In this document: in pieces, positions 49,575 through 61,310 of the stretch
Layout of the letters: the number at the start of each line of letters is the position of its first letter
How positions within the stretch are numbered: the first letter of the stretch is position 1
Source of the DNA: Torpedo marmorata
Lineage: Eukaryota
Direction of reading: 5' to 3'
Length of the DNA stretch: 64,000 bases
NCBI GenBank assembly: GCA_977017645.1
Contig: OZ360238.1
Span: forward strand, 62,434,001 to 62,498,000
Made by a program: the position numbers and the translations under genes
The notes under the pieces: generated by a model
What the model saw: only the letters and a program-made list of their open reading frames with translations
The model's database searches: none
What the model was told of the DNA's origin: nothing

Positions 49575-52352
49575 TTTTTTAAATATTTTACTTAAAATTT
49601 GTAAATCACAGAGTACATAATATAAAATGCAAATTATCAAAATACATGTGATACATTTTCACCCCCCCCTCCCTCCCTCCCCCCACTCTAACCCTCCCAC
49701 CCTTACCAATCTACTAAAATAAAAAAGAAGAAAGAAAGAAAGAAAATAAAGTAAGGAGAATGTCAATCTAAAAAAGAACAATTATAAACTAATTTTATTG
49801 TGGAAGGTAGGTTCGCCAGTCAGATCTGATATCCAGAGATCTTCAAATCCTTAAACCAACAGTTTTTATATATGGGCTCCATATTTTCAAAAAGAAATGG
49901 TATTTATTACGTAAATTATGTAATTTTTTCAAGTGGTATAGCTGAACGAAGTTCTGCATGCCATCTTTCTAACCCTAAATCTACATCAGATTTCCATGTA
50001 ATAGCAATGCATTTCTTAGAAACAGCTAAAGCAATTCGCAAAAATTCTATGTGATAAATATTTAATTTCATAATACGAATTCTTTTAATATCTCCAAACA
50101 AAAATATCATAGGATCCATTGGGAGTGTAATTCTTAATACTTTGTCCAAAAACTTTTTAACTTTCAACCAAAAATCATATATCTTTGGACAAAGCCAAGT
50201 AGAGTGTACAAAAGATCCTTCCTCTCTATTACATCTAAAACATAAACCAGATAATGTCGGATTAAATTTCTTTAATTTTTTTTGGTGTTAAATATAATTG
50301 ATGAAAAAAATTATATTGCACTAGTCTATATCTACCATTAATAATCTTCATCATAATTTGTTTACATAATTCTTTCCAATGTTCTTCGTCTATTGTTACA
50401 TTGAGATCCCCATTTTAATCTTGATCTATGAATTCCTAATTTAGGCATTTTTTTCTGTAACAATCTATACATTTGAGAAATAAATTTATTTACACCTCCA
50501 TTAGTAACTAATAATTCCAGTTCACTTTGTCTTGGTAAAGTTAAACTATAACCCAACCTTTCAACTAAAAATGCACTAATTTGATAATAAGCAAAAAGTG
50601 TATTGTTTAACACTTTAAACTTTTCCTTCATTCTTTGAAAAGTAATAAAATTACTAGCTTCAAAACAATCATTTATTTTCTTAATTCCTTTTTGGAACCA
50701 AATTTTAAATAATTGATTATCAACAGTAAATGGAATAAGCTTATTTTGATACAAAAGCATTTTTCGAGAAATTACCCCTTTCCCTCCTATCTCCCTATCC
50801 ACTCTATTCCATATTTCTAACAAATGTTTAAAAATAGGAGAATTTTTCCTTCTTGTTAATAGTAATTTAGGATTCCATTTATAAATAACTTCTTCTTTCA
50901 AATCTTCTCCTATATTATTTAATTCTATTCTGATCCAAGCAGAAGATATTCCTAAATCAAACATTTCATTAATAAATTTTAATTGAGCTGCTTTATAATA
51001 ATTTTGAAAATTGGGAAGTTTTAAACCACCCATTTCATAATTCCAAGTTAATTTCTCCATACCTACTCTAGCCAACTTTCCTTTCCACAAAAACTTCGTA
51101 ATAATTAAATTTAAATATTTAAAACATTTCTGAGGAATTTCATAAGGAATTGATTGAAAAAGATAGTGAATTCTTGGAAAAACATTCATTTTAATACAGT
51201 TTACCCTTCCTATTAAAGTTATAGGTAAATCCTTCCAACTTTCTAAATCTTTTTTAATATTCATAAATAATGGTAAATAATTTAATTTATATAAATTAGC
51301 TAATTTTGTATCTATATTTATTCCCAAATATTTAATTCCTTCCTTTGACCATTTAAATTGTGTAATTTCTTTACATTTATTATAATCCCCTTATGTCAAT
51401 GCCATAATTTCACTTTTATCATAATTAATCTTATAACCAGATATTTCCCCATATTCTCTCTATAAAACATTCAATTGTATTAAATAAGTAATAGGTTTTG
51501 TCATATAAATCAATACGTCACCTGCAAATAAACTAATTTTATGCTCTTCTCTTCCAACTTTAATACCTGCAATCTTAATATCTTGTCTAATTAATTCTGC
51601 CAAAGGTTCTATTGCTAAAATGAACAATGCTGGCAACAAAGGACATCCTTGTCTAGTTGACCTAGTCAAAGAAAATTTTGAAGAAATGTGTCCATTTGTC
51701 ACCACTCTAGCAGAAGGTACTTTAAATATAGTTTTAATCCAATTAATAAATGTAGTTCCAAAACCAAATTTCCCCAATACTTTAAATAAATAATTCCACT
51801 CTAATCTGTCGAAAGCCTTTTCGGCATCTAATGTTAATACTAATGCTAATTCCTCTTTTTTTGTGCCACATTTATTAAACTAATTAATCTAGCTATATTA
51901 TCCTTTGAATATCTATTCTTAATAAAGCCAGCTTGATCTACATGGATTAAATCTGGTAAATATTTAGCCACTCTATTTGCTAAAATTTTTTCCATTATCT
52001 TATAATCCACATTTAACAATGAAATTGGTCTACATGATTCTGTTTTTAACACATCTCTATCTTTTTTAGGTATAACTGTAATTATTGCATTTGAAAATGT
52101 TTCCGGTAGCGAATGAGTTTCCGTTATTTGTTTCAACACCTCCATATATGGAGTTATCAATAAATCCTTAAACTCCTTATAAAATTCTGATGGGAAACCA
52201 TCCTCCCCTGGAGATTTTCCACTCGTTAAAGAACTAAGAACATCATTGACTTCGCTCATCAAGAACGACATATCTAAAAGTTTTTTCTTTGAGTATTTAA
52301 TCTAGGTAACTTAATTTTAGATAGAAATTCATTACTTTTAGAATCATCTTTA
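49575..52352 (-). mobile_element. L1-clade LINE, 5'-truncated, inside the hAT element
   Basis: RT motifs in ORFs 51846-52271, 51460-51777 and 50362-51327; TSD AACCAGCT(T/C)TGTAATT at 49559-49574 and 52353-52368. Confidence 0.93.
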
Positions 52353-52444
52353 AACCAGCTCTGTAATTGAATGAGTTTTGATTTAACCATTTCCAGCAAC
52401 ATTAATAATAATAATCTGTGAATTGATGGGTGTTATTGTTATTA

Positions 52445-53423
52445 CCGTATATTTTGGCATATGAGTCGACCCCCCTTTTTCAGCCTCATTTTAATGGTTT
52501 TATTGTATATCCAGTGTATAAGTTGACCCCCAATTTTCGGGCTGTCCGGGCCTCCCAGCAACAACCCAAAATTTGTTACAACACCCCAATCACCAAGTAA
52601 CAAAGCTGTAAATTAAGCAAGTAAGTGAAAAAAAAAACAGTAAAAAAAACCTTTGCTTCTGGCCGGGAAGATGCCAAACGGAGCTGGGTCCAAGTCTTCA
52701 GCTTCGGCTGCAGCCAGAGTCGGCGACGGCGACTCCATTCTCCATATCGGGTGCTGTGCCGTCCTCATCGAAGAAGTTGCCTCGCTGCCCAAGTGTGCTC
52801 GGTGCAGGAACCATGGCTACATGTCGGCTCCCGGACAGGAGCAGTGGCCTCGTTCTCCCGGGCAGGTGCGGCGACCTCGTTCTCATGGGCAGGAGCGGCA
52901 ACCTCGTTCCCCCGTGCAAGAGTGGCGACCTCGTTCTCCTCAGCAGAAGCGGCGACCTCGGCTTACGTGGCAGGAGTGGCGACCTCGTTCACCCGGCAGG
53001 TCAGGAACGGACTCGGACTACGTGGCAGGAGCGGGAACCTCACCCTACCAGCCAGGAGCCTCGGCTTACCGGGCGGGAGCGGCAACCTCAGGCTCCTGGG
53101 TAGGAGCGGGGACCTCGGGTTCTACAATTGTAGAATGTCTGAGTGGTTTATGGCGGCGCCCGGCGGTGGGGAGTTGTCGGGGAGCAGCGGCGCCGGCGGT
53201 GGGGAGGTGCTTCCAGGGTCGACCTATACGCCAAATCACTTTTTCATGGGTCGACATACGCCGAATCGGGTTTGCAAGGGTCGACTTATACGCCGAATCG
53301 GCATGGAGTAGTTTTTGAGCTGATTTTAAGGTCTCAAAAGTATATCCGGCGTATAAGTCGACCCCCGTTTTTTGAGAGATTTTTGAGGGTTTCAAGACTC
53401 GACTTATACGCCGAAATATACGG
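52445..53423. mobile_element. Tc2/pogo-type MITE (Tc1/mariner superfamily) with GC-rich internal repeats
   Basis: TA|CCGTATATTTTGGCATATGAGTCGA ... TCGACTTATACGCCGAAATATACGG|TA; subterminal GTCGACTTATACGCC repeats. Confidence 0.88.
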
Positions 53424-55294
53424 TATCACATAAAAATAAGAAATACTCATTGATGTTTTATTTAATGGAACAACAAACTGAAGAATAATAGAATAATAGA
53501 ATAATAGAATAAAATCTTAACTAAATACGTTACTTCGCAGAATGCAATCCTACTTGTATTATATTAAAACATGCCAATACAGTTTTATTAGCCATGAGAG
53601 ATCGGCTGTGCCAAAATGATCTTGAAACAATTTCAAGTTTACATTTGCACAAGCATTCAGTGCGCACATACTTTTGTCACAGGAAAACAAATTGCACAAC
53701 ATAAGATTTTTGCGCACACTGACTACTAAAAATTAGAGGGAACATTGCCCCCCACCAGTTTGTTTGGGCGCCTGCCTACATTTTGTCCACACCTTGATGA
53801 AGGGCTCAAGCCCGAAATGTCGGTTATGTATCTTTATCTTTGCTATATAAAGTACACTGTTTGACCTGCTGAGTTTCTACAGCTTCGTGTTTTTCCTTCA
53901 ATCACAGTGTCTGTAGACATTTGTGTTTCACTCCTTCCCACAATTATTGTCAGGCCTTCACCACTGAGCTGCTGTCTTGATTTACTCCAAGGAGCCAACC
54001 ACGGAGAGAAGCAACAGATGCACTGGCATTTGACATTTGGCTTGCTTTGGGCTTGCCCAAGGTTCATGCTAGTGTGGAACTTCCGAATGTGGGAATGGCC
54101 GATGGTTTGTTTCAGAATTGACATCCACAACCAGCGTGCCACAACCCACTGAATAACTGAGCTTGCTTAATGTTAATATGTCACTTATCGCATTCTTATC
54201 CTGTTCTAAACACTGATTACAATATTATATTGGAGGCATCAAGCCACTGCTTATTTGTAAAGTTGCCCTCCATTTTCTTCAATGTTCACATTATTTTATA
54301 TTTTCTAAGTATTTGAACAATATCATTCTAATTGCTTAAAGCTTAATATAATTGTTACCTGTGTGTTTTTCCTTAGTGTAATGCTCTTTACAGACTTAAC
54401 CAACACTGTTTTTATTGTGATAGAAATAAGAACTGCTTCAAAACTGTGTTGAATGGCAGCCTAATCAAAAATCAATAATTCCACTTGAAAAGACCCAATA
54501 TGCTATGTTGCGGATTATGTAATTTGATAATATCAATCATAATTGAGTTACATGCAATTCATCTGACTTCCAGTGCATTGAGGTCAGCAGGGGCCACAAA
54601 GCCTCACTTCCCATCAATTACCACATATTAGGTGAGCTCTGGTTTCTCAGAGCATTTCCACTGAAAGTCTGCCTCTATAAATAATATTAAGAGGCACAGC
54701 AAAGGCAATCAATAGAATATAGTTCTACTGTCACCGCTTTAATGGCAGCTGTTATGCCTTGCAGTTTGATCAATACTCAGTCTCCTCAGACACAGACTGA
54801 AACCACAACATCCAGAGGCAGAGTAAATGACACCTTTTGTTATGATTCAGGGTATGACAGAGCATATCAGTCTTCAAGTCAGTTACTTCTGACAAAAGGC
54901 ATTATGTGAAAGTGTATTCTATAAACCACAAAAGCCTGTGGCTCTATTGCAAGCTATAGAATCAGTATATACAGCATCACCAAGCATATGTCCTGCTGGA
55001 ATCTGCTTGAATAGTAGCAGATTGATCTGTGAGGACATTGAATTGGGCTGAGAATCAAGCGCAGAAACAGAAATCAATATTGTATTAGAATTACCAATAA
55101 CCCATATCAGAAGTGATTATCCTTTTTTTACTAAAAGGGTCTGGTTTGAAATCAGAAGCATTGCAGCATTGCATTCGACACACTGTTTAAAAAAAAGTAA
55201 TGTGGCTCTACAACAGCAAGCTTTTGTTTCCATCTTGATAGAATTTGTGGAATAGTTTAGGAGTACGACAAAATTAGGTTGCATATTTATTGTG

Positions 55295-55475
55295 TAGTAC
55301 CCAAAAGTACTGGAGAAAGTCAGCAGGTCACACAGCATCCAGAGAAAGTAAAAGGCAATCAACGGTTCGGGCCTGAGCCCTTCTTCAGATGTGCTGAAAA
55401 TCAGGGAGATGCCAGAATAAGGTGGGGGGAAGGGGGAGGAGCACTGGCTAAGAGGGGAATACAGGTAGGAGGGGG
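55295..55475 (-). mobile_element. PLE 3'-end remnant with hammerhead-like motif at 55356-55393
   Basis: CTGGAGAAAGTCAGCAGGTCA block; reverse complement CTGAAGA-A-GGGC-TCAG-GCCC-GAACC-GTT. Confidence 0.7.
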
Positions 55476-56141
55476 AAGTTGCATTCATTTTTGTAATTGT
55501 TTTAAAGTAAATCTGAATCAACACACAGGGAACATGATTTTATGAAATCAAACTGACAACCACAACACTTTCAGTTGAGGAACTTCAGATAAGGTCCCTA
55601 GTATCAACAGTGGAGTACGTTTCGTACCATGAGATATCATTCTAGTTGGAGAACTCCCATCTGTGCAGTCTCTTATAAGCCACAGGTCGATACTATATTG
55701 AGACATGAGCATAAACTGAGGTGTTAAAACTCTTCAGAAATTATCCATTGATAAAATTATTTCACGCTGTGATAGGTGGATGACCAAGACCTATTGACAG
55801 ATTCAGAAAGTTACCTTTCTCAGTTGGCCTGCAGCTGGATGCTACATTGAATTGAAGAGTAGGGCCCAATCTTGGTGAGCTTCCACAATGTTGCGTTGGG
55901 ACCCTGTTGATTTAAGATGCAAATTTATTTTGCTTAGGCTTAATATTTTGTTTTAAATATTTGTCTGAGTTTTAATTATCTTAACCTTTTATTATTTCAG
56001 CTTTTATAGTTTTTAAATGTTTCTGAATTACCACAGTCCTCCAGCTAAGGCTCAGTGGCTCTTTGGGCCTTGTGTATGTGGGGACAATGACCAGGATTTC
56101 TGAAAGCAAGCATATTCCAGCAACATTCATCCAGTTTTATT

Positions 56142-56815
56142 TCAGAATCACAATCAGAATTTATTGTCATGAACAAGTCATGAAATTCGGTGTTTTGTGG
56201 CAGCATCATAGTGCAATTAACATTCATATTATAACCATCTTATGACATTACTATAAAAAATTATAAATAATAGTGCACGAAAAGTAAGGCAGTGTCTTTG
56301 GTTCATTGATTATTCTGGAATCTGATGGCAGCGGGGAAGAAGCTGTCCTTGTGCCGTTGAGTGCTCGTCTTTAGGCTCCTGCACCTTTTTTCCGATGGTA
56401 GCAGAGTGAAGAGGGCATGGCCTGGGTGGTGGGGGTCTTTGAGGATAGAGGCTGCTTTTTTAAGACACCGCCTCATGTAGATGTCCTCAATGGAGTGAGG
56501 TTTGGTGCCTGTGATGTCACAGGCCGAGTTAACAACCCTCTGGAGTTTACTCTTGTCCTGAGAGTTGGCGCCTTCATACCAGGCAGTGATGCAACCAACC
56601 AGAATGCTCTCCACAGTACACCTGTAGAAGTTTACGAGAGTCTTCGGTGACATACCGAATCTCCTCAGACACCTCACAAAGTATAGCCGCTGACGAGCCT
56701 TCTTTGTGATTTCATCAACGTGGAGGCTCCAAGACAGATCCTTGGAGATGTTGACACCCAGGAATTTGAAGTTCTTGACCCTCTCCACTACTGAGCCCTC
56801 GATGAGGACTGGGTC
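56142..56815 (-). mobile_element. Rex1/Babar LINE 3' fragment, TCTGAT-tail subfamily
   Basis: ORF 56303-56788 FKFLGVNI..KKARQRLYFVR..HPGHALFTLLPS. Confidence 0.9.
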
Positions 56816-56869
56816 CTCATTTATATTATATTATACTTATATTAACTATTCCTGTTAATTTGTCGTCTC

Positions 56870-57290
56870 CTTCCTGTATTCCTCGATACCAGGCGTGATG
56901 CACTTTCAGTTTGGCTCTATGGATTTTGAAGTGGCAAATGAAGATAGTGTGGACCTTTTAGACTTTTCCATATGTGGATGAAGAATTGCCAAAGGGATGA
57001 GTAGATTGGCAGTTTGGGGGTGATGTGCTTCTTCCACCTTCGCTGGGCTTCTGTGTGCTCCCAATGCGTGAGTCGGGATTCATTCTGAATGTGATTCTCC
57101 ACTTGGAGTGTTCATGGGCTAGGGAGTCCCAGGAGATGGTTGGAATGTCATATTTATTTAAAAAGGCTTTGAGCACATCCTTGAATCTGTCTGCCTCGTC
57201 ATCTCTTCCCATGACAGAGCTCAGAATACTGTACAGGATCCATTTTAGGACTCTGGTATTTGGCATGTAAATGATATGCCCTGTTCAACA
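56870..57290 (-). mobile_element. RTE-clade LINE 3' remnant
   Basis: ILYS..RFKDVLKAFLNKYDIPTISWDSLAHEHSKWR resembles the RTE/BovB ORF C-terminus. Confidence 0.6.
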
Positions 57291-58023
57291 GCAGACTGAG
57301 TGCAGGTTGTGTTGCAGAGGATGTTGGTTGGAGAGAAGATGCTAAAGTTGGTTTTCTTATCCTTCTGGTGGACTTGAAAAGTTTTGCAGAGACAGCATCC
57401 CCAGAGTCTGATGTAGTCTCAAAAATAAGTTCAAGTTTATTGTCACATGAACCGTGCTCAGGAGGCAAGGGGTCACAATCTCAGAACTCAGCCATTTAGG
57501 ACAAGAATGAAGAAAAATTACTTTACTTAAAGTTGCTGATTCTTTGAAATTGTCTACTCTGTATAGCTGTGAAGTCTCAATCATTGATGGTATTCTAAAA
57601 TGGGATAAATATGTTCCGCACATAAAAACATTCAATACTCGTGGAGAGATGGCAGCAAAATTATATATGATCAGCCATGATCTTGCTAACTGATGGTGCA
57701 GGTTCAGTGTGCTGAAAGGCCTTCTCTGCTTATGTTATGTTTTTTACAGATACAGCTGAGAAGAGGTGGAGAGGCAGCTAGTGTGTTGACTTGTTGGTTG
57801 GTAAGGTTGCATGCATCTGCAATTGATGACTCTATTAATAAGGCAAGGACAAATAGCCAGCCTTGAAAGACCACGTAATCTGAAGAACTGACCATTGCTC
57901 TTTCTTTTGTGTATTTTGCCCTGCTGGGCATGTCCCAATCGGCCAGAATATGCAATGGCACTCCAAAACATTAGCTACATGATGCACAGACAAAGGAGTA
58001 CAAGTGTCCATTCAATGGCCACA

Positions 58024-59650
58024 TTGTTGACTTCAGGAAGGGAAAACTAGAGGTATACAATCCAGTGATCATTGGGGGATCAGAGGTGAAGAGGGTGAGC
58101 AAATTTAAGTTCTTGGGAGTCACTATCTCAGAGGATCTTTCCTGGACCCAAAACACTAATGGCATCGTGAAGAAAGCACATCAGTGCCTCTACTTCCTCA
58201 GGAATTTGCAGAGGTTTGGTATGTCACCAGAAACCCTGGCAAATTTCTACAGATGTGTGGTGGAAAGTGTGCTGACCGTCTGCATCACGGTCTTGTATGG
58301 GGACACCAATACCTCTGAGCGTAAAGCCCTGCAAAAGGTAGTGGACAGCCCAGGACATCACAGGCAAAACCCTCCCCACTATCGAGAACATTTACAGGGA
58401 ACGCCGCCGTCGGAGAGCAGAAGCAATCATCAAGGATCCACACCACCCAGTACAGGCTCTGTTGTCACTGCTGCCATCAGGAAAGAGGTATAGGTGCCAC
58501 AAGACTCACACCACCAGGTTCAGGAATAGCTGCCACCCCTCCACCATCAGACTCCTCAACAACAAACTCAATCAGGGACTCGTTTAAGGACTCTTACTTG
58601 TTCACTTTATTGATTTTTTTATTCTCTCTGTATTGCACAATTTGTTTTTATTCGTTATCTGTTTACAGTTCTTTATTTGTTCACACCAGCAGCAATAGAA
58701 ATTCACCAAGAGACTATTATTGTTTTTCTTTTAAAACAATATATTTATTAATAACTTCTAATAATATAACACATTAACTAAATTAACCCAAATTATGCGC
58801 GAATATACTTATGTGTGTGTGTGTGGGATACCCAAACCATTACAGCTCAGGCACAATTCTGGGAAGTCATTCCAAAGTTCAGTTTTAGAAATCCTGTGTT
58901 GAAACTCAGACTTTTAAACTGATGCCCAGAAGTAATCATGAAGGAGGTGGGAGAGACTGAGTGACTGGACTGCTGAAAACTTATGAATCCTTGTCGAGTT
59001 TCTTCCTGAGAAATGTTCTTTTCGGACGAACGGTTGTCACCACTCCCCTTTCCTTGCGTAGGGGAAACGAAACAAGTGACTTCCACGATGCTTCCAAACC
59101 CAGGCACAGGTCAGTTGAAATGACAATCATCTTGATTCGATGCAGCAATTCTCCTGCTTCCTTTACCCAGATACGGGTCAATCAAAGTGACCTTTCCTTT
59201 GGTCACAGTGGTTCAATAATTCCCCTGACAGGGAGAATCAGTTGAATTGTCCATTTCACACAGAGTCACTCCACCAGTCATCAGATGGCTGGTGGTCAAT
59301 AATGAATGCTGTTTCTTTAAGTGTCCCACTCACATGACTCTCTCACCACCTGTTTACCTGGATAAACAACCATTGTTCTTTCTCTTCCACCAGAGTATCA
59401 ACTTTAGGTATAATCTGTACTTGATGGTGCCATCCAGTCTCTCCACAACTGTGAATGGTTGCAGTCTGCACTAACCCTTAAAGTGACAGTCACACTAAAT
59501 GAAATGGGAGCTCATAATAACATGAATACTCTGTGCACAGTTTTTTTGCACTACCAATAAGTGGTAATTCTGCTTTGTCCGCAGGAAAAATAATCTCAGG
59601 GTTGTATGCGATGTTATGTATTTACTCTGACAATAAATCTGAAATCTGAT
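58024..59650 (+). mobile_element. Rex1 LINE 3' part, split in its 3' UTR (pieces 58024-58685 and 59521-59650)
   Basis: ORF 58065-58493 FKFLGVTISEDLSW; the 3' UTR resumes at 59521 as in the copy at 62940-63090. Confidence 0.87.
58686..59520. mobile_element. About 835-bp non-coding insertion, possibly a solo LTR
   Basis: Interrupts the Rex1 3' UTR; possible TGTT...TAACA ends; AATAAA on the minus strand; no clear TSD. Confidence 0.4.
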
Positions 59651-59654
59651 TTCA

Positions 59655-59860
59655 CTCCATTACAGACATTCCCTTTGTTCCATCGATTGCTCTCCTCTAC
59701 TTTCTCTGCCACCTCGACTAACTTGCTTTCTCTCTTTCTTAGTTCTGATGAAAGGTCTTCAACCTAAAATGTCAACCATTTCTCTTTCCACAGAGGTTGC
59801 TTGACTGGCTACGGTTTTCCCATAAATTTCTGTTTTGATTTCAGATTTCCAGCATCTCCA
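59655..59860 (+). mobile_element. Old PLE-end remnant with hammerhead-like motif at 59742-59776
   Basis: GTT-CTGATGA-A-AGGT-CTTCA-ACCT-AAAAT-GTC-AAC, followed by a decayed PLE terminal block. Confidence 0.6.
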
Positions 59861-60899
59861 TTTTTTATATTTTAAATTCACTGCAGTGTGTCAATGGCTT
59901 CATGAATGTAGGGACTGAGACCCACGGTGCAGAATGCAACCATTGTAATGAACTAAGATGCCACACTTAGCAGTGCAGTAGTCAATAGGCACTGCATCAA
60001 GGTGTCAACCTAGATTATGACCTAAGGTATCTGAAGTTAAATTTGAATCCATGACCTTCTGACGTGGAAATACAAGTGCCAGCACTGAACCACTCATGAG
60101 ATTTCATTTCCTCCTTTTGTGAGGAGATAATGGACGTCTAAAATCAACCCATTCAGCTAAGTCAATTATAAAATTCCATATAAATGACATACAGACAAAG
60201 GTGTAAGGGAAAGAGATGCATTTCATTTTCCATATAAAGTGACACCTATATATATGAAATTTTCCCACTATCCTTTTTAGCAACTTTAATTGCTTCTAAA
60301 GGTGACTCATACAGGTTGATCTCTCAGAAGTTCACATTCAGGTGGAAAAATGAGCATTTTTGGCAGGTGTTCCAAATTTTTAGGTGCATTTTATTCATAA
60401 TTGATTCACTTTTATGATTTCCCACCCTGGTGAATAGGGTAACATTAAAAAAAAAAATCTTTTGTTCTTTTCCTTTTTCCACTTTTTTCTGTGATAATAA
60501 TGGTTTCACAAAGTGAAAACCTCAAAGTTCTTTGGAATGTGTGACTTGTGCTGTAAGCCACAAAAAAATAGAATGGATCAAGGAGTTAAAATGAAGATAA
60601 TGTTTCTTGATTTTGCCAGATGGCTTTTAATGAATTGAATCAAGAGAAGAATGAACCCATCAGACGTGTTCCTGTTTATGGATGGCATCAAACACATTTA
60701 TGTGGCAGGTGGATAAAAATATAAATGATACCATCAAATTAACAAAGATTAAGTGAAATGAAAAGATGGATTAAGTAACAGATTTCATAACTACCTTAAC
60801 TTCATAAAAAGCAAAAGGCCTCCTTTAAACAAAATCTGCACAAAGTGCAAATGAATGCGACAGATTGTTCAGGGATGGTTCTCGGGTTCTACTCAGACC

Positions 60900-61310
60900 T
60901 ACTGAATATTGGGCAAAAGTTACAAAAAAAGCATAGTACAGGAATGGATTACATGGTATACACTGCAAAGAGAGATTGGACAAACATACATTAAAATGTG
61001 TCTCTGGAGCAACGGAAGCTAATAGAAGTTTATAAAATTATGAGAGGCATAGGAAGTCATAGCCTTTTTGTCCAAGGTGTAAACATCAAATACTAGAGAG
61101 CACAGATTTAAAATGAGAGGGGGAAAGTTTAAAGGAGATTTACAAAGGAGGGGTTTTTACACAGAGAGTGCCAGGAAAGAGGGTGTGATGGAAATAGATA
61201 CGCTAGCAACATATCAGAGGCATTTAGATGTATATGTGAACAGGCAGTGAATTGCAGAGCATAGACCGCAGGCAGATGGGATTAGTTAGATAGGCATCAT
61301 GGTCAGAAAA
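60900..61310 (+). mobile_element. Old CR1 3' fragment
   Basis: GAAGTTTATAAAATTATGAGAGGCATAG and TTTTTACACAGAGAGTG blocks. Confidence 0.65.

Larger units (their letters stand above)
49261..53747. mobile_element. Non-autonomous hAT element carrying two nested insertions
   Basis: TIR CACTGTTCCCTCTAA / TTAGAGGGAACATTG; 8-bp TSD CCCCCCAC at 49253-49260 and 53748-53755. Confidence 0.9.
49097..53930 (+). mobile_element. PLE 3'-end fragment split by a hAT MITE (pieces 49097-49260 and 53756-53930); hammerhead-like motif at 53788-53828
   Basis: C/T-rich PLE 3' region continuing as CC-TTGATGA-A-GGGC-TCAA-GCCC-GAAAT-GTC-GGTTATG...GACCTGCTGAGTTTC. Confidence 0.8.

Noticed and set aside
52625-53433. Long ORFs (up to 228 aa) as a transposase
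   Set aside because: No DDE or HTH motifs; open in several frames because of GC-rich internal MITE repeats
57750-57800. 51-nt candidate exon (TTTTACAG...GTAAGG)
   Set aside because: The pyrimidine tract appears to be a CR1 (TTATG)n tail and the peptide is unrecognisable; it would need RNA-seq support
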